DNA of 64,000 nt, taken from NCBI GenBank assembly GCA_038087875.1, contig CM076001.1, positions 1,242,001-1,306,000 of the forward strand, written 5' to 3'. Every line of letters starts with the position of its first letter. The first letter of the stretch is position 1. This DNA is from Malacoraja senta (taxonomy: Eukaryota). The translations under genes and the position numbers were made by a program. Shown piece by piece: positions 1 to 13,574 of this stretch. The notes under the pieces are model-generated. The model was not told the DNA's origin and made no database searches. It saw only the letters and a program-made list of their open reading frames with translations.

Positions 1-3000
1 ATTGAAACTGAAAGTTGTAACTACATTTGCGGACTGAATGAAAAGGATGATCACTTGAGAATGCTAGACAGTTCATATGAGAGATGAGGTGCTGTTCTTA
101 AAGTTTACGTTGGTGCAAGCCATGAAATATCCAATCAAATTTCTGGAGTTACCTGAAGTAAATTTTATTGCATTTTTGTTCTATTCAAAGTATACTTTCA
201 AACAAGTAGCACTGATTGAAACAAACAGTGCTAGTTCTTAGCGTTTCTGAACTAAATATATGGTGTATAGAATGATAGGGTTCATTGGACATTTGGGGTT
301 TAGAAGCACATTGGCTAAGTCCATAGAAAGAAGGCAAATATGGGACATGTTATGAAATGAGAACACCATTGTCCAAGGACTGCAGCAATGGTCACTTTCT
401 TGAAAGAATTGACAAATTTCCCTGGCGGCACCCCAATTGCACAGGCAATGCTTTTACTTGATATATGTTTGACGCTGAGGTTGTTCAAGCCTGGTCAAAT
501 TTCTGGTATGACATGAAAGGCCCCAGAAATAGTGTTACCACTTCCTGTTCCTTCTAAAGTGAATTTTCAATTATGCAGCAGTGCAATAAGCAGTGCCACA
601 TGATCACATTTTTAGACCATTATTTCTTAATTTCTTGTACAAAAAATAGCTAAAAATGAAATTTAACAGTGAACCTAACAACAGGGCTAATAGGTTGAAC
701 AATCAAATCGCTGTAATAAATAGACATGCATGCAGACACTGTCCAGCAAGGAAAATCACACCCATTGTACTAAATCACACTTCAGAAGGACGTCCATAAT
801 TCTCCCTGCATTGCTTTTTTATTCCTTGTCCTTAGGGTCTGAATAAATGAGATTGAAACGAGTATGAAGTTTCATGCTTTTGTCCTAGTGAACGAGAATT
901 GGACCGTCAAACCTGTTTCACTCAAGAGCCATTACTGCTTGGAGGAGACATTCTTTCCTTAGGAACATTTGAAATCATTCAAAAGGTGAAAAGACATCTA
1001 ACACCCACCCTCTTGAGATACACTTTTAATTCAAAAGGTATTATGAACTGACTTCAGCTTCCTTTTACAGGCTTCTTTTACAGCAAAGAAATAATTTGTA
1101 ATCTAAGTACTTTGTCACTATTAATACATTGATATACTTAGTAGATCCTTTATTAAAAAGAACAACTTTTCAAAAGGAACAACAATTTAGATATGTTTTA
1201 AATAACTTTTTTTTATAATGACAATATTAACTTGCTTTTAAAGAGCATCTTTAAAGTAATAAGCACTCAAAAAAATTGACCTTGCAATTATTTTATTTCC
1301 TTTTTTTGTATTTTATTGTTAATACTTTTTAGTGATGTGATGCTACTCATGAAAAAACAAATAATTTTATATCCTTTCAATATATACGCATCAGTTCTTT
1401 TTGTTAAATTTACAATCTTACAAATGTATAGAATATCATATGGCAATGTACTGAAGATCTGAGAGCTTTCAGACAACGTCCAACAAAACTCCAAATTACA
1501 AACAGCACTGATTGCACTAGGACTTTGAGTTCCGTTTTTCTTTTTGCACTATATTTTAGTTACCGAAGCACATTGTGTATTTTATTTTGTAAACAGGTAA
1601 CCGCAGTTCCTTCTTTCTACATGATCGTACATTGATAGGAAAAGATGAGCCAGGATAGCTGTAGTAATCCTATAGTTACTGAAATGTGTGTATAATCACC
1701 ATAGCAATAATCTGCACAATGAAAAACCTTTCAGATTTTACAACAAAGGATATGTTTCACGTGCATCAGAAAAATATAAGACCTCATGCCATGTTCTCTT
1801 TATTTCCTGTTCTGCCATTCGTTTTTGAATAGTTACCTGTTAATTTAATTTAAGAAATAAAATTGACCTGCCTTTAAAAGCTGCAAAATTATTTTATAAC
1901 AGAAAAGGTCCTTGCCTAAAGGATTGCCTGTGGTAAATTATTGGATAAATAATGATGTTATTGTTTTTGATTTTTAAATAACCTATCAAACTAGCATATG
2001 TTTAAAAGCTAAATTGTTCATTCATTTTATTTGATCTAAGCATACAATTGCAAAACTGTTTTCAAACACTCTAGGTGTTTCCCCTTTCAATATGATTTCA
2101 GTTCTCTGGCATTAATGCAGACATACTGAATGGTAATTATTCACTCAGTGTTCTGAGCGATTGAGCATTAATTTATAAAGCAAGGCTGTCATTTGCAAGA
2201 TGCTTATTAACTGAGTGCAGTTAATTATATAAGAAGATAATTACATGTAAATGTTGGATCTAAAAGCAGCTATGCAGCCTGCTCCCTGTTTAACAGCCTT
2301 GCAGTTAGAATTTCTAGTTTGTTTGTGCAAAAGCAAAGCAATTAAGTGGTTCAGTGACTTAAATGAAAATGCAGTGTAATTCTTTTTAAGCAATATGGTG
2401 CCTATCAGAATAGCCTCCCAATAAACCAACATATGACAAGTGAAGACACTGCTCACTGTCATTTGTTCTGACTGTTGAATACAATTCTAGTATTGTAAAA
2501 GGCTTTGGAATTTATATGTATCTAAAGAACAAAGACATTTTAAGATTATTTAAAAATCCTTAATTTAACTTTTTTTTGTATTTGAATTTGTATTATTACA
2601 ATAAAAGTTAAAATGCTGAAGGTGCGGATTCCTCTGAGACCTGGAAGATCAGAGTTAGTTGCAAAATAAATCCTGCTCCAATCATGTAATCCAGCTCAAA
2701 ATTAAGTGTAAAACCTGTCATTGCATTTCAGGAAAATGTCAGTATGACATTTATTAATTTTCTGCAACAGATTGACCTCTACATATGAGATGGCCAATTT
2801 AATACAAACTATTGCTGAACTAGATGCAGTTTTATACAATGGACCTATGTCCTGCAGAAAGAATTGACATTCTCCAAATGCAAAAAAGAGAAATTTGTCT
2901 AAAGAGAGTCCAAAGACACGGCACCAGCATTGTTGTAGAGAAAACCTTTGCAATTATAGCTTGAGTTACATTCCATTACCTTTACTTTTAATCATTTTAA

Positions 3001-3791
3001 AGACCAGAATCTCATATAATAGCAGCAACAATTATCTCACTCTAAATTTGGAATAAGAAAACCAAACATGTGTTATGATGAAAAGATGTTTTGCTTGTTT
3101 TACTCATTTGAGTTCAAAATGGTCACTGAAATTGGTAAACTTCATTCAATAATCTTTCATGCCTAGCTTTTAGTTGAATGAAAATAAGGGTTCAATTTTG
3201 TTCTAGGATAGCTAAAGCTAAATACTGTTGGCTATAAGAAAGGAGCACCTTTTGATAGAGCCACCAAGGATACTGAAACAATTTCCTTTCCTGTAGGTGG
3301 CAGCAGAGGGGTTCCACCAGATTTATTATGAGGAGGGTAGGATAATGGTGTTTTTAACATTTTAGCCAGCTTATGGGTCTGCACTGGCACTAATACAGTC
3401 TATCTAAAGCTAGTCACTGCACGAACTACAGAATACATTTCTAACACTGAAGCTGAGGATAGAATAATCCATTTCTAGAATCCCTTCTATGACTTGATTT
3501 CCCAGAATATTTTGCATTCACTATTGTAGTCATTTGGGTGAAATTTCATTGTCTGATATTAGCGTGCAAATATGTTAGCACTTATGAAACTTCATCTCTC
3601 CACTGTTTACAGGTTCATTCAAATAAGCTAAAGCTTCCACTAAAATTTCAGGTGGAAGAATTAGCACCATTTAAAAAAAAAACTCTGTAATACGTCAGTG
3701 GGCCAAATGACCTCCTGTTGTGGCATTATGATTCTAGTATGCTGTACACTCATCAAATGTTACTATGGACAAAGGTCAAGTTTCCAAATGC

Positions 3792-6788
3792 CAGGGCTCA
3801 AAATTAGCGGTTGCCCAGGTGCCACTGACCACCCAAAGTGCCGCCGGGCAACCTAAACGGCGAGTCATTTTGCCCGGCTTGGAAACTTGGTTTATACCGA
3901 AGATTGACACAAAAAACTGGAGTAACTCTGCGGGTACGGCAGCATCTCTGGAGAAAAGGAACGTGACGTTTTTGTGTCGGCGACGGTTGTGGAAAGATGC
4001 TAAGTGTAGCGTGACGGAGGGTCGGAGTGAATGACGGGCCCACGCACAGCAGCAGCAGCAGCGACGGCAACTCCATCTCCTCCTCCCGCACCCCGCCTGG
4101 CCTGATAACGGCCGCTGCTTGTCACTCCGCCAACGGCGCTTTCAAAACAAGCCCTTGGAGGAGGGAGGTGTCGGTCAGAGGCGGAAGTAGGGGAAGGGGG
4201 GTGGGACTGAGGATAGAGCGCGGTGATTGGAGGAGGGAGACATGCCAAAACACTCGGCAGACCTGCACCGCAGCCAGGATCGATCCCGGTCTCCGGCGCT
4301 GCAATCGCTGCCGAACCGCCACTGGACCATCCCCGTCCCCACCCGAGAGCCCCACCCGGGGGTGGCCAGAGATGTCAGGAGTCAGATGGGCGCGGTGCCC
4401 CCAGGCCCACAGCCAGCGCAGAGAAGCAGCGCTAAACCCAGCTCAACTCTGCCTGTCCCGCAAGGTTAACCTACAGCCCTGTCTGGATTGAGACAGGGCT
4501 GTAGGCGAGACAGGCAGAGTTGAGCTGCATTTAGCGCTGGATTGAGCTGAAATTACCGTTCACAGGGCCTCCGAAGCCTCGTGCATGTGTGTGAGTGTGC
4601 GCATGCGTGCACAGCCGCCAAGATATTCTGTCCCCCGGTCCCCTCCATATTTTGATAGCGATTTCCGTGCCTGACAGGGACGGCCAAGGCATCGATGATG
4701 CCAGTGTTGTCCGAGGAGCGCTGGCCTTCCCACCTCCTCTGCCCCTTCCTCTCTCTCTCTCTCTCTCTTGTACTCCCCCCTCCACCCCCTTATCCTGAGA
4801 CCCCTCCTCTCCATCCCGCACTAATCCGCATTCCCGCCTTTATTCAGTCCTCACTGACATTCCCTGTGCTCCCCTCCTCATCTACCCCCCCCCCCCCATC
4901 TATTCATCCTGCACTGATCTCCCTATCCACCTCGCATTGATTCTCCTGCCACTCCCCATCAATCCTACACTGGTCCCCCAATTCATCCTGTACTGACCTC
5001 CCTTCCCATCCATCCTGCACTGCCCCTCCCCATCATCCTGCACTGCTCCCCCCATCCATCCTGCACAGACCCCCCCCCATTCAACCCATTACCTACTCCA
5101 ACCAACACGCACTAATTCCCCTGCCTCAATCCATCCAATCCGCACCAATTGCCTTCTCAAGCCCCCCCCCCACCACCATCTATCCATCCTGCACCGATTC
5201 ACACCCCCCCCCCCCCCCCCGATCCTATTGTGCTGGAAATGTCTTCAGAGCTAACATTGACTATGTTTGATAACGGAATGCAATCAAATATGTTTTAATT
5301 CCCAATGTTATTATTTGTTTTAATCCATAAAGAAGGATTAATTAAATTGTGAACACGTGAAACATTAAAACCGCAGTGTTCGATTGTCACTGCTACCATT
5401 GACACGTTATTACAGAATTCATTTTAATGGCAAATCAATGCTCTTAATATGGAGTATCAGTACTGTAGTTATTTAATGAGCAACATTCACAACTATACGT
5501 TGGATTTATCCAGGTTTTACTTCTACAGTCAGTCATATACATTACAAATTTGGTCAGGAGATATTTCAGTTGAAAATTTAATGTTAATTCTGAAGTGAGA
5601 ATGATGGAAAAAGGGTTTATCACATTTTTTTTTTAATTATTGCTTACAAACTGGGTATCTTCATTGCTGTTCACAACACATACATCTAATCTGAATGTCC
5701 GGTAATGTGGCGTCTTAACACCTTTAAATATATTACCAAAAGAACATTTGCTGCATTTATGTCCTTTGTCCATCTCTTGTTAGTTAGTGTAATGTTTAAC
5801 CTGTCAGATGGGTACAGTCAGATTTAATAGCTATTATCATAAAATGCCTTTAGAAAATTCCTTGCAACCTGTATATTTTGTTGTGGATAAATTATGTGGG
5901 AAGCGAAAGTGTTTCTGTACCAATAGCAATAATGACCCATGCTATGGCCATGTCATGATAATTTTCGGTCCTTCACAGAAAACATGCTTGCATCAATCTG
6001 TAGTGTGCATGGTTAAGCATATATGTTATCAAGGTCTAGGATTTATTGACACAGGTTGATCATACGCTGAATAATCCAACCACATTTTTGTTTAGAAGTG
6101 GAAAGAAATAATAAAAATTGCATTAATTGCAATGTGTAAAAAGAGTTATAATACTGTATTATAATTTTGCTGCATGTCATTGTGGTATATATCATGTCTT
6201 GATTGGTGAATATGTTTAGTTTGTGACTTTATTTGAAGCAGAAATAATATGTGAATGCTTCATTGAGCATAATTCCGACTGGTAACTACGCACTACGTCC
6301 GAGCACATTATCGCACGTGTCATGCAAGCCGTCTTAAATGACCACCTAAACTGTCATTTGGCAACGTAAAAAATTGCCTAGGTTGCCCGGCTAGCAACAG
6401 AGAAAAAAAAGTTAAGTGAGAGCCCTGCTTGGGATCACGTTTGTTTTGGCAGAAAGGTGGTGAAAAGGTAGATGCCTTCTCTGTTGCCGAACACTACTGT
6501 GACATTAACTCAGTGTAATCTCTGGCCTCTTTCTTTAGGTACTTGCAGCAATGAATCACCCATGTTCGGTGTTGATTGGTGAATATGTTAGTTTGTGACT
6601 TTATTTGAAGCAGAAATAATATGTGAATGCTTCATTGAGCATAATTCCGACTGGTAACTATGCACATCGTCCGAGCGCGCGTCATGCAAGCCATCTTAAA
6701 TGACCACCTAAACTGTCATTTGGCAACCTAAAAAGCTGCCAAGGTTGCCCGGCTGGCAACAGGGAAAAAAAGTTAAGCGAGAGCCCTG
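3792..6788. mobile_element. Non-autonomous TIR DNA transposon (hAT-like) with 5-bp TSD and a duplicated right end
   Basis: Termini CAGGGCTC (3792) and GAGCCCTG (6788) are flanked by AATGC on both sides (3787-3791, 6789-6793). Subterminal GGCAAC/GTTGCC motifs repeat at both ends. The ~220-bp right end occurs twice (~6199-6427 and ~6571-6788). No transposase ORF recognised. Confidence 0.75.
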
Positions 6789-9700
6789 AATGCACGTGGA
6801 CCCAAGGCACACTTACTGGGAAATTACAGACAATAAATTAAGACACCTAGAATCAACAAATCAGTTCAATACTTTATAGCTATTGTTTTAAAGGAATGTA
6901 TCAAGAAAGTTAAATAAACATGTGAACATAATTTGAGCAATTGATTTGTTTGGCACAGTAAGGAGAGCAGAATAGTGATAATTCTATGAAAAATCATAAA
7001 CAAATAATGGTTTAACCCCTTCAAGAATTGTTTTAAAAAAGGGTGTGCTAATTAAGGTTAGTTACCCAGTTGCAGGAAACATGAGTTTTTAACCATTACT
7101 CTGTTATCTTTAAAATAAATCTGTAAATTGCTTTATGTGTTTGCATATGCATGTGAACAAAATAAAATGGGGTTTCAGAGGTTTATTTGTTGAAATACAA
7201 CGCTGTTAATGCTATTAAGGTACAGAGTGATAATTATACAGAGAAAGATCTTCAGTAGCTACCTGACATATATCTAACTAAAAACACACCAGTGGAATCC
7301 CTTGAACAGCACCAGAAAGGGGACAGTTCCAGATGTACTGTTATTAGTGAAACATGTGGCCATAAAATCTTGTAAATATTTAACTCCATATGAATTTATG
7401 CTTAGTTTAAATGTATTGAATTCACAAATTCTATTTCAATTTTACTATATTTAAATCATGTTTTAAATTTAAATTGAGTTTTTAAGGGACTGATCAATGA
7501 AACATCAACATATGTCCATACAATTCTCTATTGTTCTGGTTTTAAGCATGTGGAGAAGGCTTTGAATCCTTGACAGAAATAATTACTTTTTAATTAAAGG
7601 ACATGAAAATACATATTCATTTGATAAGCTCTTCCTCATTATTAGGAAGTTGTCTTTAATTGTATGAAGCATTGTGACATTAACTGCAGCCATAAATCCA
7701 CCAAGCTGCATGTTTGTAAGAAAACAGTACAGATCATTAAACAAAGTAATCGCATAAGATTTTGAGTAAAACTTTATGTTGAGGATAAATTGCATTCCAT
7801 TGAATTTTCTGTTTTAATACTGCACCCAGAATATAAGTGTCTATGGAGCAATCCTGTTGTGTTTTCTTGCATGCAAAGTTGCACAATATATGCATTACCA
7901 ATTCAAAGTGGATCATTAGAGTATACTTTGGCTTCGTAGGGTGGCCCTGATCAATGATTACTGTAGATATGTCAGAGTATACTCTGCATTTTGTTGTCTT
8001 CAGTCCTTTACAGAAGGAATAACTGAATTGTTTTGAATTGACTGATAGAATGTTCTAGGATTGGGACTATGTTTTAAAAATCAGAGTGATATCAAGCTTC
8101 TTTGCATCAGATTAGCATAGTGGACATCTGTTAAATAGGCCTTCATGCAAGTGACAGACAGGGGAAACACTTCTCTTTCCCAATAGAAAGAAGATACTGA
8201 TGGAAAGGGTGCAAAGTTATATTGCCAGGCAGACATCCTAAGAGTCCTGGGGATTATGAATGGAACCCATATGGCTTGCACACAACCCAAATGTATATGT
8301 AAACAGGAAGCACTAGTCCATAATGTGCAGGTGGCTTTGGTTCATCGAAATATGATCCTAAACATCAATGCCTGTTAGCTGGGGAGTACCCACGATGCTT
8401 TCAGTATGCAGTACTCTACATTGCCTGTATTACTGATACCTTCTGAGAGAATGCTGTTAGGGAATCAGGGCTACCCTTTCAGACCAAGTTTGATAGAACC
8501 AATTAATAATCTGCCCTGTACAGACACATTGAGACTGGTGCTACTGCCTGAATTAGGATGTGCAACACCAGAATACAGAAGCAACAGTTCTCTTATTTTT
8601 GCCATTCAAGCAAATTGTTCCTATATACAACGAAAAATCATTGCCATCCACTTCACTGCTATGATTTTACCACTTAAAGAAGTACTTCACATTCAGAATT
8701 ACATGTTAGGATGCTGGCTGATCAATTAGAAATGCAATGTCAGAAACATACCTACATTTTGCTGATGGTTTAATAGAGAATCATGATTAGATTAGCTTCT
8801 CTCCGGCTTCCCTTGTGTGTTGTTGTGCAGTTGTCATAATCAACTTGATGCATCTGACCATCCATTCCACTGCTAGAATGAAATCAGATGGAAGCACAGA
8901 CATCCTGAGCATCAGGTTAGATGCACTTTACATCTGGCCCCTCAGCTTTATTGTAAGCTTGATTGAAAAGGTAATTTGTCTGTTTATCCTTATTATATTT
9001 AATTTTAACATTACAATTTGTGTCATTTACATTGTTTTGTAAGAAATGTAGCTCTTTATAAACTTCTGTATCTTTGATAATTTAATATTTTATAACTAAT
9101 TGATTCCGATCATCAGAAATTTGAAATGCAGTTTATAAACCTTTATAAAACCTTCAAAATGCCTAATTGCTCGTTGAGAGTCTGCCCCTTGTACTACAAC
9201 CATGGCATTGTGTCTTGCAGGAAAATTGGGCATTCATGGAACACATTTGGAACATTATTTTGTTATTTTTATTGAGTAATTAGATTTCAACAAATATTTG
9301 AATGCATATTGTGAATAAACACTGGAAATAACTATATCTAAATTAAATAGAATTTGCTTTTAAACCAAAGAGACTGTAGGTTGTAAATTTTAGTCCGTTC
9401 TTAGAGCACAAGTGGGAATGTTAAAAATACTGTTCCACAACTCATATCTGTAAATGATTACTGAGGAAATGCAATGTTTGCAATGGTTTTTACGTGGAGT
9501 CCTAAGGCCATTTAATTATGCAGCATGTTTATGGTGTTCGTTTTGTGATTACATGGCTAAGAGGCTGTAAGCAGCAGCTGCTTTGGGAGTCTTGAATGTA
9601 CCAAGGTTATTCGATAGCTCCCCAGACTCGCTTTTCATCCCTAGATATAAGATGCATCTTTGATTTGCTCCTTGTAAATAGACAAGACAAACCTCCAAGG

Positions 9701-10137
9701 ATTACTGCACAGCCGATCTGAATCATCGTACATAGTGACATTTAAGATATAGTAACTCCTGAGTGTAAAATAGAAGATAGAAAGTGGAGCCATATCAAAA
9801 CACATATACTGCCCTCCATTATGTTTGGGACAAAGACCCATCATTTATTTATTTGCTTCTGTACTCCACAATTTGAGATTTGTAATAGAAAAAAAAAATC
9901 ACATGTGGTTAAAGTGCACATTGTCAGATTTTAATATAGGCCATTTTTACACATTTTGGTTTCACCATGTAGAAATTACAGCAGTGTTTTAACATAGTCC
10001 ACCCCATTTCAGGGCACCATAATGTTTGGCAAACAGTAATGTCATGTAAATAAAAGTAGGCATGTTTGGTATTTTGTTGCATATCCTTTGCATGCAATGA
10101 CTGCTTGAAGTCTGCGATTCATGGACTTCACCAGTTG

Positions 10138-11018
10138 CTAGGTGTCTTCTCTGACGATGCTCTGCCAGGCCTGTAATGCAGCCATCTTTAGCTTATGCTT
10201 GTTTTGGGGGCTAGTCCCCTTCAGTTTTCTCTTCAGCATATAAAAGGCATGCTCAATTGGGTTCAGATCAGGTGATTGACTTGGCCACTCAAGAATTTGT
10301 TTGGAATCATTGTCTTGCTGTAGAATGAACTGCCGGCCAATGAGTTTTGAGGCATTTGTTTGAACTTGAGCAGATAGGATGTGTCCATACACTTCAGAAT
10401 TCATTATGCTATTACCATCAGCAGTTGTATCATCAATGAAGATAAGTGAGCCAGTACCTTCAGCAGCCATACATGCCCAGGCCATAACACCCCCACCACC
10501 GTGTTTCACAGATGAGGTGGTATGCTTTAGATCTTGGGCATTTCCTTCTCTCCTCCATACTTTGCTCTTGCCATCACTCTGATATAAGTTAATCTTCGTC
10601 TCATCTGTCCACAAGACCTTTTTCCAGAACTGTAGTTGCTCTTTTAAGTACTTCTTGGCAAACTGTAACCCGGCCATCCTACATTTGCGGCTAACCAGTG
10701 GTTTGCATCTTGCAGTGTAGCCTCTGTATTTCTGTTCATGAAGTCTTCTGCGGACAGTGGTCATTGACAAATCCACACCTGACTCCTGAAGAGTGTTTCT
10801 GATCTGTCGGACATGTGTTTGGGGATTTTTCTTTATTATAGAGAGAATTCTTCTGTCATCAGCTGTGGAGGTCTTCCTTGGCCTGCCAGTCCCTTTGCGA
10901 TTAGGAAGCTCATCAGTGCTCTCTTTCTTCTTAATGATGTTCCAAACAGTTGATTAACCCTAAGGTTTGGCTGATGTCTTTAACAGTTCTATTCTTGTTT
11001 CTCAATCTCATAATGGCT
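10138..11018 (-). pseudogene. Tc1 transposase remnant
   Basis: ORF 10138..10776 has the motifs WTDETKINL, KHGGGGVMAW, QQDND and WPSQSPDLNPIE. It has an in-frame deletion in the DD34E region, and the N-terminus is cut off by the CR1 insertion (remainder near 13575-13620). Confidence 0.9.
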
Positions 11019-13574
11019 TAGAAACATAGAAACATAGAAAAATAGGTGCAGGAGTAGGCCATTCGGCCCTTCGAGCCTGCACCGCCATTCAATATGATCA
11101 TGGCTGATCATCCAACTCAGTATCCCGTACCTGCCTTCTCTCCATACCCCCTGATCCCTTTAGCCACAAGGGCCACATCTAACTCCCTCTTAAATATAGA
11201 CAATGAACTGGCCTCAACTACCTTCTGTGGCAGAGAGTTCCAGAGATTCACCACTCTCTGTGTGAAAAAAGTTTTTCTCATATCGGTCCTAAAGGATTTC
11301 CCCTCTATCCTTAAGCTGTGACCCCTTGTCCTGGACTTCCCCAACATCGGGAACAATCTTCCTGCATCTAACCTGTCCAACCCCTTGAGAATTTTGTAAG
11401 TTTCTATAAGATCCCCCCCTCAATCTCCTAAATTCTAGCGAGTACAAGCCGAGTCTATCCAGTCTTTCTTCATATGAAAGTCCTGACATCCCAGGAATCA
11501 GTCTGGTGAACCTTCTCTGCACTCCCTCTAAGGCAATAATGTCTTTCCTCAGATTTGGAGACCAAAACTGTACGCAATACTCCAGGTGTGGTCTCACCAA
11601 GACCCTGTACAACTGCAGTAGAACCTCCCTGCTCCAATACTCAAATCCTTTTGCTATAAATGCTAACATACCATTCGCTTTCTTCACTGCCTGCTGCACC
11701 TGCATGCCTACTTTCAATGACTGGTGTACCATGACACCCAGGTCTCGTTGCATCTCCCCTTTTCCTAATCGGCCACCATTTAGATAATAGTCTCCTTTCC
11801 TGTTTTTGCCACCAAAGTGGATAACCTCACATTTATCCACATTATACTGCATCTGCCATGCATTTGCCCACTCACCCAGCCTATCCAGGTCACCTTGCAG
11901 CCTCCTAGCATCCTCCTCACAGCTAACACTGCCCCCCAGCTTAGTGTCATCCGCAAACTTGGAGATGTTGCATTCAATTCCCTCGTCCAAATCATTAATA
12001 TATATTGTAAATAGCTGGTGTCCCAGCACTGAGCCTTGCGGTACCCCACTAGTCACTGCCTGCCATTCTGAAAAGGACCCGTTTACTCCTACTCTTTGCT
12101 TCCTGTTTACCAGCCAGTTCTCTATCCACATCAATACTGAACCCCCAATACCGTGTGCTTTAAGTTTGTATACTAATCTCTTATGTGGGACCTTGTCGAA
12201 AGCCTTCTGAAAGTCCAGATATAACACATCCACTGGTTCTCCCCTATCCACTCTACTAGTTACATCCTCGAAAAATTCTATAAGATTCGTCAGACATGAT
12301 TTACCTTTTGTAAATCCATGCTGACTTTGTCCGATGATTTCACCACTTTTCAAATGTGCTGCTATCCCATCTTTAATAACTGACTCTAGCAGTTTCCCCA
12401 CTACCGATGTTAGACTAACTGGTCTGTAATTCCCCGTTTTCTCTCTCCCTCCCTTTTTAAAAAGTGGGGTTACATTAGCTACCCTCCAATCCTCAGGAAC
12501 TACTCCAGAATCTAAAGAGTTTTGAAAAATTATCACTAATGCATCCACTATTTGTGGAGCTACTTCCTTAAGTACTCTGGGATGCAGCCTATCTGGCCCT
12601 GGGGATTTATCGGCCTTTAATCCATTCAATTTACCTAACACCACTTCCCGGCTAACCTGGATTTCACTCAGTTCCTCCATCTCATTTGACCTGCGGTCCC
12701 CTGCTATTTCCGGCAGATTATTTATGTCTTCCTTAGTGAAGACAGAACCAAAGTAGTTATTCAATTGGTCTGCCATGTCCTTGTTCCCCATGATCAATTC
12801 ACCAGTTTCTGACTGCAAGGGACCTGCATTTGTTTTAACTAATCTCTTTCTCTTCACAAAACTATAAAAACTTTTGCAGTCAGTTTTTATGTTCCCTGCC
12901 AGTTTTCTTTCATAATCTATTTTCCCTTTCCTAATTAAGCCCTTTGTCCTCCTCTGTTGGACTGAATTTCTCCCAGTCCTCTGGTAGGCTGCTTTTTCTG
13001 GCTAATTTGTACGCTTCATCTTTTGTTTTGATACTATCCCTAATTTCCCTTGTTATCCACGGATGCACTACTTTCCCTGATTTATTCTTTTGCCAAACTG
13101 GGATGAACAATTGTTGTAGTTCATCCATGCAGTCTTTAAATGCCTTCCATTGCATATCCACCGTCAACCCTTTAAGAATCAATTGCCAGTCAATCTTGGC
13201 CAATTCACGTTTCATACCCTCAAAGTTACCTTTCTTTAAGTTCAGAACCCTTGTTTCTGAATTAACAATGTCACTCTCCATCCTAATGAAGAACTCAACC
13301 ATATTATGGTCACTCTTGCCCAAGGGGCCACGCACAACAAGACTGCTAACTAACCCTTCCTCATTACTCAATACCCAGTCTAGAATAGCCTGCTCTCTCG
13401 TTGGTTCCTCTACATGTTGGTTTAGAAAACTATCCCGCATACATTCCAAGAAATCCTCTTCCTCAGCACCCCTGCCAATTTGATTCACCCAATCTATATG
13501 TAGATTGAAGTCACCCATTATAACTGTTTTACCTTTGTTGCACGCATTTCTAATTTCCTGTTTGATGCCATCCC
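11019..13574 (-). mobile_element. CR1 LINE, 5'-truncated, young; ORF2 partial endonuclease plus reverse transcriptase
   Basis: ORFs 12931..13617 (GDFN, SDHN), 11289..12857 (PGPD, YLDFQKAFDKV, GVPQGSVLG, KFADD) and 11117..11380 are separated by few frameshifts. The (TTTCTATG)n tail is at 11019-11040. Confidence 0.97.

Noticed and set aside
3765..4940. Cluster of overlapping GC-rich ORFs resembling a CpG-island first exon
   Set aside because: They lie inside the TIR/TSD-bounded element 3792-6788, are open in many frames because of GC content, and contain no recognisable domain.
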